Below are positions 17,297 through 23,285 of a DNA stretch of 23,285 nt, one piece after another. The stretch comes from Candidatus Heimdallarchaeota archaeon (GTDB lineage Archaea; Asgardarchaeota; Heimdallarchaeia; Heimdallarchaeales; Kariarchaeaceae), in contig WAKA01000165.1 of NCBI GenBank assembly GCA_015523565.1, positions 1 to 23,285 on the forward strand, read 5' to 3'. The position numbers were made by a program, and so were the translations under genes. The notes below the pieces were generated by a model. That model had not been told where the DNA came from. It worked only from the letters and a program-made list of their open reading frames with translations, and ran no database searches. The first letter of the stretch is position 1; every line of letters begins with the position of its first letter.

Positions 17297-18680
17297 TAAA
17301 TCGTGGCTCGTTTCGTACTGTCTTGTTTGTTATATCATCCAATATCCTCTGTTTAAGTATTTCCAATTTCTTTTCACTGAAATTTTCTGGAGAGACATCC
17401 TCTTGTTGAAAATTTCGGACAGTTTTCACAAGCTGTTTTGCCAGGTTTTTATGGAATTTCTTGAACTCATTGGTGAATATGGTTACTTCTATATCCTTAT
17501 TCTTGAAAAGAATCGCCTTTTTCTTATCTGACAGGTTAACATATTTCACGTCCCCCCTAACCATTTGTTCAAATAGTTCGCTTAGCAATTCCAGTTTTTT
17601 GTCTTCTTCACTGAAATTATTGGTGAATTCAAAAGAAGAGGTGCCAATCCTAAGATCTTCACTCTTTATGCCTATAAGGTCCACATTGTGCAAAAACGGG
17701 TTTTTTCTTGTTACTGTGAAAAAAAAGACGGTTGCAATAATTAGGAGGAAATTTGAAATTATGCTGAAATAGGTTATTTCAATGAAAAACATCTTTCCAA
17801 CAATGGGAAATATAAATAATGAAAAACTCAATAGGAAATACACTAAAAAATCAAAATCATGCCCATTCAGATGATTCCCCATTAAAATGAAAATGAAGTC
17901 AAGGATCATGAAATAGGAAATTATTGTGAATATGAAATAGTATTTGTTCCCAAAATAAAAAAGTATTACCGAAACAAAAGTGAAAGCAACACTTCCTAAG
18001 AAATAGGGTCCAATACCAGTTCTCAGCTTCTTTAAATTGATAATCAAGATCATAATCCCTGAAAGAACATATGAATAGGAATAAATTGATTGACCAAATA
18101 GATATGGATTCCTAAAAATCAATGAAGATATTATTGCCAAGACAATATATGAAAACAATAAGTAAACCAATGTTTTTCGTGAAGTGAAAACCAATTTTTG
18201 GGGATTGGCATCGAAAACCGTATTCTCTGAAACCCCCTTTGGAAGCATCAGATAAATCCAACAAAGGTTCAAAACAACCATTTCAAAAAGAAAAATATCT
18301 ATCTCCGATAATTCGAACAATGAAGATATATTGTATATCACTCCCCAAAAAATAAGGGAAACCCCCCATCCAAAGGATATTACATGAGGTGTCTTGAAAA
18401 TATCATTTCGTTGTTGAAATAGCTCCAAAAAGGAAATGGAGTACAAAATTAAAAATTCAATGAAGAAAATTGAGAAATGGGATGACAAAGGAAGATTGGG
18501 AAACAGAACAAGAACAGACAATGCAATGCTTTGAATAAGCCCAACAATGGAGATCGTTCTTTCAGATTTGGAAACCAATATTTTAAACAATATCGGAAAC
18601 AAGACGGAAACCAGCAACGTGGTAATCATGAATTCGGTTAAATCCAAACCTGCAATCATTGGAAATCCTTGAATCTGCAA
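17289..18680 (-). CDS. Polytopic membrane protein (about 11 or more TM helices) with a soluble C-terminal domain; true start uncertain
   Basis: Long run of F/I/L-rich helices followed by a ~135-aa charged alpha/beta domain. The frame stays open upstream to 18782 and includes another hydrophobic segment. Confidence 0.75.
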   Translation of the reverse strand: MQIQGFPMIAGLDLTEFMITTLLVSVLFPILFKILVSKSERTISIVGLIQSIALSVLVLFPNLPLSSHFSIFFIEFLILYSISFLELFQQRNDIFKTPHVISFGWGVSLIFWGVIYNISSLFELSEIDIFLFEMVVLNLCWIYLMLPKGVSENTVFDANPQKLVFTSRKTLVYLLFSYIVLAIISSLIFRNPYLFGQSIYSYSYVLSGIMILIINLKKLRTGIGPYFLGSVAFTFVSVILFYFGNKYYFIFTIISYFMILDFIFILMGNHLNGHDFDFLVYFLLSFSLFIFPIVGKMFFIEITYFSIISNFLLIIATVFFFTVTRKNPFLHNVDLIGIKSEDLRIGTSSFEFTNNFSEEDKKLELLSELFEQMVRGDVKYVNLSDKKKAILFKNKDIEVTIFTNEFKKFHKNLAKQLVKTVRNFQQEDVSPENFSEKKLEILKQRILDDITNKTVRNEPRFII

Positions 18681-18826
18681 AACAAGCTGAGCAATAAAAG
18701 CTATGCTAGAAATTCCAAAAACAGCCCCAAAATTTGTATTTTTTAAATTATCAAATGGAATTGAATTAGCCTCATGGGCACTTCATTCCATGATATTTAA
18801 GGATATTGGAACAAGTGAATGGATCA

Positions 18827-19624
18827 TTAACTATTTTCTTTCAGAAACTGGTAGAATTCAAAAAGCGTGGGAAATACATAGTCAGGACCACCATGAGTAT
18901 GCCGAAACTTATCAATTTCATTTTGACTGTATCTTGAACCAATCCCTGTTTGAACAAGACATGATTCCATTCCCATATTGATTGCCCCTAGAATGTCTGT
19001 TTCCAATCTGTCCCCAACCATGAGGGTTTTTTTGGCTTCTGCACCAAGATGCTGCAATGCGGATTTGTATAAGTATGGAAAGGGCTTGCCAACAATAATA
19101 TTTGCAGTTCGTTCTGCAGCGGCTTCAACCGCGGCAATCATCGATCCTGCGCCAGGAATTAAGCCCTCTTTTGAGGGAAAATTCCGGTCTGGATTTGTCC
19201 CTATAAAAAATGAACCATTTAGAATGTGTCTCATGGCTTCTGCAATTTTATTGTAATTGAATGTTCTGTCCATACCAATAATTACATTATCTGCTTTTTC
19301 CCCTGTTTCATTGACAACAACAAATCCTTTTGAATGACATGCATCAAACAAGCCTTCTTCACCAATGACATAAACTGTTTCGCCCTTGAGGAAATCACTT
19401 GCAACATAGGCAGAGGTAAAAATACGATCCAAATTCATTGGAATGCCCATATTTATCAATCTTTGATGATATTGACGCTTTGTCTTGGTTGAATTGTTAG
19501 TCACCAATGCATATTTTTTCCCTTGTTGTTTCAATAGATCAATAATTTCCGGAGCATATTTCTGGACTTTTCCCTCAATGTAAAGGACACCATCCCCGTC
19601 AAACAATACGCAATCAAAGTTCAT
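18827..19624 (-). CDS. HAD-IIA (NagD-like) phosphatase
   Basis: FDGDGVLY (motif I), LVTNNS (motif II), TNPD, PGAGS, VGKP (motif III), MVGDRLETDI (motif IV). Confidence 0.95.
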   Translation of the reverse strand: MNFDCVLFDGDGVLYIEGKVQKYAPEIIDLLKQQGKKYALVTNNSTKTKRQYHQRLINMGIPMNLDRIFTSAYVASDFLKGETVYVIGEEGLFDACHSKGFVVVNETGEKADNVIIGMDRTFNYNKIAEAMRHILNGSFFIGTNPDRNFPSKEGLIPGAGSMIAAVEAAAERTANIIVGKPFPYLYKSALQHLGAEAKKTLMVGDRLETDILGAINMGMESCLVQTGIGSRYSQNEIDKFRHTHGGPDYVFPTLFEFYQFLKENS

Positions 19625-19675
19625 TTTAGTTCCTTCACATCTGCAAGCATATAAATCTATAAGTAAATCAAGGAA

Positions 19676-20125
19676 TTGATTACATTGTCTGCCAAGTTCA
19701 TTGTTGCAGTTTCATGTATCCTTTGGGACGATGGGAAGGTGCTGGTTGCAAAACGTCTTCCTCGGAAAGATCTCCCTATTGACATATGGGAGTTTCCCAG
19801 CGGAAGGCTTGAAGAAAACGAGGAACCATTGGAGGGCTTGAAGAGGGAAATGAGAGAGGAATTGGGAATTGAAGTTCAACCGCTTTTCATTGTTGATGCA
19901 TATAAAATTCTTCGAAAAGGCATTCCTACCATTATTCTTTGTTACCTTTGCTCAAGTGACCAAAAAGAAGTAAAACTGACAGAACATAGTGAATCAAGAT
20001 GGGTGGATTTACCTGAAGCATTGGATTTGTTTGAATTTGATGATCAGAAAAATGTCGTCAAAAAACTCCAAAATTTCAAGCCACTTTTGCCGTTATATCT
20101 TTCCAAATTGGTAAAAACTAAATAA
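19676..20125 (+). CDS. Nudix hydrolase (MutT-like)
   Basis: WEFPSGRLEENEEPLEGLKREMREELGI Nudix box; EHSESRWV. Confidence 0.92.
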   Translation: MITLSAKFIVAVSCILWDDGKVLVAKRLPRKDLPIDIWEFPSGRLEENEEPLEGLKREMREELGIEVQPLFIVDAYKILRKGIPTIILCYLCSSDQKEVKLTEHSESRWVDLPEALDLFEFDDQKNVVKKLQNFKPLLPLYLSKLVKTK

Positions 20126-20146
20126 AGGAAAATTATAATATCATCA

Positions 20147-21853
20147 ATGCCCATTTCCCCTGAACAGTTACGGTTATATCATGAAGAGGGGAAAACCAAA
20201 ATTGTGTTAAGCCACCTCAGAAATAGAGTAAAAATGAAATCTGTTTCAGATTACCGTTATAAGCAATTGTATGTTGAGATTCTAAAAGATACAGGAAAGT
20301 TGAAACAAGCACACAAAGAAATTTTCATTTTATTGAAAAAAAGAAGAATAAATTTTTTTGGTAAGATGACACTGAAATTAGAACTGGCTGAAATTTATCT
20401 TTTGTGGGGAGAAATCAACAAGTTTATGGAATTGTTAAAGGAAATTCGGGAATTATTGCCCAATATTAAAAATCCAGAACTGCATAGCCTTCAGAACAAA
20501 ATTTTGCTTTTGCAGGCATATCATCATTATTTGAAAGGAGATTTTGGAACCTCTTTAAACCTTGTACGTCAACTTGACAAGAGAAACCCAGATAACAATT
20601 CCTTTAAACAATTGGTTTATCTACAAACTGTCAAGATTTACAGAGAGCAGGGAAATATTGAAAAGGCATTGGAATATATCAAAAAAATAACTTCCATGAA
20701 ACAAAAAAAGACAATACAACATTTATTGCTAATTGAAATTGCAAAAATTCAATTGGACATGAACAATTTCAGCATCGCCCGTCAAATCTTAAAGAAGCTT
20801 GAAATAAAAACTTGGGAAAATCCAATTCTGTATGCCCTAATCCAAATGCAACTTGGAATAATCAATAAAAAAACAGGGAAATTCAATGAGGCATTGGCAT
20901 TCTTTTCGAAAAGCCAAGAACTATTTGAAAGTCAAAACTATCGGGTTGGACTGTTCACATTATACAATTTAATTGGAGACACGCATTTCCAAATTGGAAA
21001 TATTGCATCTGCTTTGGATTACTTCCAGAAAGCCTTGGTAATGGCCATTAGATTTGACAAGAAAGAGGAAAAGGCTACGACCATTGTAAACATCGCGAAA
21101 GTCATTCAGCTTCAAGGGAATAACCAAACCGCAAAAACCTATTTGACAAATGCCATAGATCTTTTAAAAAATGGGAATTTCCCGAAAATTAAGGCAAAAA
21201 TCCTGTTTTATCTTGGTATCATTGCACTTGAAGGAAAGAACAACAATGAATTCACTCGACTGAAAAACCAAGTTATTGAGATTCAAAAACAAACCAAAAT
21301 CCCGGCAATTGGGCATTATGTTGCATATTTGGATGCACTAGACCATTTTTATAAGTCAAGGTTCATTGACAAGGAATTGGCAAAACAGAATTTTCATTTA
21401 TTGACTTTTTCAGAAAATGTCGATTCAGAAATTCAGATCGGCGCGGCAATCAAATTGGCTCACCTGTTGGTTCTTGAATTGAAAATTTCAGGAGACCCAC
21501 AATTGGTGGATGAAATCAAGCAAGTCTCAGAAACCATACGACAAATTGCAGAAAGGGAAAATTCATTGCTCTTGAAAACAATACTGTCAATACTCAATGC
21601 AAGACTTGCGATCCTAAATTATGACTTGAAAAAAGCAAAGGAAATACTGGACAATTTAAAATCATATATTGACAAGACAGATTCACGTTATTTGAAAAGA
21701 TTGGTACAATACCAAGAGAAAGAAATCAATGAGGAAATCATGAAATGGCATGAAGCATTTACAAGCCATCCAAATTTGATATCCCAAATCGAAAAGGCGA
21801 AAGTGATAGACTATATCAACGACATATCTTGGATACTGAAATTAGGAAAATAA
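20147..21853 (+). CDS. Tetratricopeptide-repeat protein
   Basis: TPR-like units (LGIINKKTGKFNEALAFFSKSQEL; IGDTHFQIGNIASALDYFQKALVM; IAKVIQLQGNNQTAKTYLTNAIDL) and an all-helical C-terminus. Confidence 0.85.
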   Translation: MPISPEQLRLYHEEGKTKIVLSHLRNRVKMKSVSDYRYKQLYVEILKDTGKLKQAHKEIFILLKKRRINFFGKMTLKLELAEIYLLWGEINKFMELLKEIRELLPNIKNPELHSLQNKILLLQAYHHYLKGDFGTSLNLVRQLDKRNPDNNSFKQLVYLQTVKIYREQGNIEKALEYIKKITSMKQKKTIQHLLLIEIAKIQLDMNNFSIARQILKKLEIKTWENPILYALIQMQLGIINKKTGKFNEALAFFSKSQELFESQNYRVGLFTLYNLIGDTHFQIGNIASALDYFQKALVMAIRFDKKEEKATTIVNIAKVIQLQGNNQTAKTYLTNAIDLLKNGNFPKIKAKILFYLGIIALEGKNNNEFTRLKNQVIEIQKQTKIPAIGHYVAYLDALDHFYKSRFIDKELAKQNFHLLTFSENVDSEIQIGAAIKLAHLLVLELKISGDPQLVDEIKQVSETIRQIAERENSLLLKTILSILNARLAILNYDLKKAKEILDNLKSYIDKTDSRYLKRLVQYQEKEINEEIMKWHEAFTSHPNLISQIEKAKVIDYINDISWILKLGK

Positions 21854-22585
21854 TTTTCTTCTGTATATGGGAACAAGCAAAACAAGCAATGAGAAAACGG
21901 GGAACAACGCTTGTTTATTTGTAGTGGTAATGCTTGGTTTTGGTGTAGTTTGAGAGCTTGTACCACTTGATGTTGGATTATTGGTTACTTCATTGGAGTA
22001 ATAATCAGTCTTGTCATTAATGCTCTTGATTTTCATTTCAAGCGTATACCCCAAGACAGTCGTATTTGCCGACAAAAGGAGACCATCTGCCTTGTGATAC
22101 ACAAATGTTGAAGTTTGATAGAAGTCTTGGATTTCAATCCTGACAACTGAAAGTGAAACACCAAAATAATCATCTGAGACATATTCTGCATAGCTGTTTA
22201 CTGTGAGATTCAGATTTGACACCTGTTGCTTAGTGGCATTCCAAGTGGAATTGGCAACAAAGCCCAATTCAGCAGGAATTTTCCAATAACCCAATGCAAG
22301 ATTGGTTGAGGCCAAATTGTCAGTAACATTATAGACAGTAAGATTGCCAATTTCCAAGTCCAATAAAGTATTTGGATCAGACATATCATGAATTTTGACT
22401 TTTAGGTCATCTTCACTGGAAAAATTATATTTGAGTTGCTCATCGCCCCACCATGTTACTGTTGCATTCTGATCATTGAGAATATCATATACAACCAGAA
22501 GTTCGTTTGATGATGCAACTGGGGTGTGTGGCACCGCGTTAAGCATCAATATAAAAATAGAAAACATGACTATGAGTCGTTTCAT
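21842..22585 (-). CDS. Secreted, C-terminally membrane-anchored surface protein
   Basis: Signal peptide MKRLIVMFSIFILMLNA, beta-rich domain (YHKADGLLL), Thr/Ser stalk, TM LFPVFSLLVLLVPIY and basic RRK. Start ATG22585 preferred over 22609 because CTATAAAT lies 22 nt upstream. Confidence 0.75.
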   Translation of the reverse strand: MKRLIVMFSIFILMLNAVPHTPVASSNELLVVYDILNDQNATVTWWGDEQLKYNFSSEDDLKVKIHDMSDPNTLLDLEIGNLTVYNVTDNLASTNLALGYWKIPAELGFVANSTWNATKQQVSNLNLTVNSYAEYVSDDYFGVSLSVVRIEIQDFYQTSTFVYHKADGLLLSANTTVLGYTLEMKIKSINDKTDYYSNEVTNNPTSSGTSSQTTPKPSITTTNKQALFPVFSLLVLLVPIYRRKLFS

Positions 22586-22640
22586 GATAATCAATTCAAA
22601 CAGCATCATTTATAGGTGTTTTCGCCTATTTCTGACTGAT

Positions 22641-22904
22641 TTATTCACCATTGCTTTCAAAAAAATCAAGAACGTCTTTCCATTCATTTTTCAGTTTCTG
22701 TTTCTTTGTCAACACTTTTTGTTTTGGTGAAGACGAAGACTTTGTATCCCTTATTTCACTTAAAATCATTCTGGGGTCGTATTGCCTTCCACAATATGTA
22801 CACACATAAACTGTTTCTGACCTATTGTATGCTAAAAAATTGCCACATGATTTACATTGAATCTCTCTTCGAAAAGAAATTGGATGCTTATTTACAATCG
22901 GCAC
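22641..22904 (-). CDS. Small Zn-ribbon protein
   Basis: CKSCG...YVCTYCG (two CxxC knuckles) and a basic C-terminal helix; GTG start. Confidence 0.7.
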   Translation of the reverse strand: MPIVNKHPISFRREIQCKSCGNFLAYNRSETVYVCTYCGRQYDPRMILSEIRDTKSSSSPKQKVLTKKQKLKNEWKDVLDFFESNGE

Positions 22905-23016
22905 GAATTAGTAAAGAAATTTCCTATTATATTAAGAATTCCAAATAAAATGTTCTTACTAAATTAAAATCGGATGCTTTTTTATTTGATTTCAATCAAT
23001 ACATGCTCTTTTTTGT

Positions 23017-23285
23017 TTATAATGCAATATCAAATATTGTTGTCAAAGGCATTTGAGGAGTGCTAGGTGGTATGTTTTGGACATTTGACGTACTGGCTGC
23101 GGCCACAACAATTGGATAAGATACGTCAAGTGTAAATGACACGGCACTTCCACTGTAGAAATTGACCCTGATTGCCCATGTACCCGTCTGTGAGGCGGCA
23201 TAGGTGATTGACTCGGGGTTGTTCAATGTGTAGGCCCTTGCAACCCAGCCATTGCCATTTGGATCTGCACCAGGGGCATACAGGT
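23017..23285 (-). CDS. 3' end of a gene ending in a PPC (pre-peptidase C-terminal)-like domain; truncated by the window edge
   Basis: The frame is open to the edge: LYAPGADPNGNGWVARAYTLNNPESITYAASQTGTWAIRVNFYSGSAVSFTLDVSY, which fits the PPC pattern LY.P...E.I....GTW.I.V..YSG...L. Confidence 0.75.
   Translation of the reverse strand, partial: LYAPGADPNGNGWVARAYTLNNPESITYAASQTGTWAIRVNFYSGSAVSFTLDVSYPIVVAAASTSNVQNIPPSTPQMPLTTIFDIAL

Noticed and set aside
18703-18981. 92-aa plus-strand ORF
   Set aside because: It is antisense to the HAD 3' end and to the membrane gene's upstream region, with no recognisable features.
15633-21853. Short convergent 3' overlaps (15633-15638, 17289-17296, 21842-21853)
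   Set aside because: Ordinary in compact archaeal genomes.

Overview
AT-rich, gene-dense archaeal window. It is most consistent with an Asgard archaeon (Heimdallarchaeia-like), inferred from a type 2 IPP isomerase, archaeal TATA boxes about 20 nt before ATGs, a WD40 protein, an Asgard-type TPR protein and Ser/Thr-stalk + TM-anchored surface proteins. The left half is a secreted-protease neighbourhood with three S8 subtilases: a divergent one coupled to a membrane-anchored beta-propeller, a minimal subtilisin with no propeptide, and a 1077-aa membrane-anchored enzyme that resembles eukaryotic Site-1 protease (MBTPS1/SKI-1). These are interleaved with a WD40 protein, a tandem Lrp/AsnC-like regulator, a small secreted beta-rich protein and a SufR-like regulator. 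The right half holds fni, a Gfo/Idh/MocA oxidoreductase, a wHTH-DUF4443-like protein, an M20 hydrolase, a multi-TM protein, a HAD-IIA phosphatase, a Nudix hydrolase, a TPR protein, a surface protein, a Zn-ribbon protein and the PPC-domain tail of a gene that runs off the right edge. I saw no rRNA, tRNA, CRISPR array or mobile element. All family assignments come from motif recognition by eye, not database searches.
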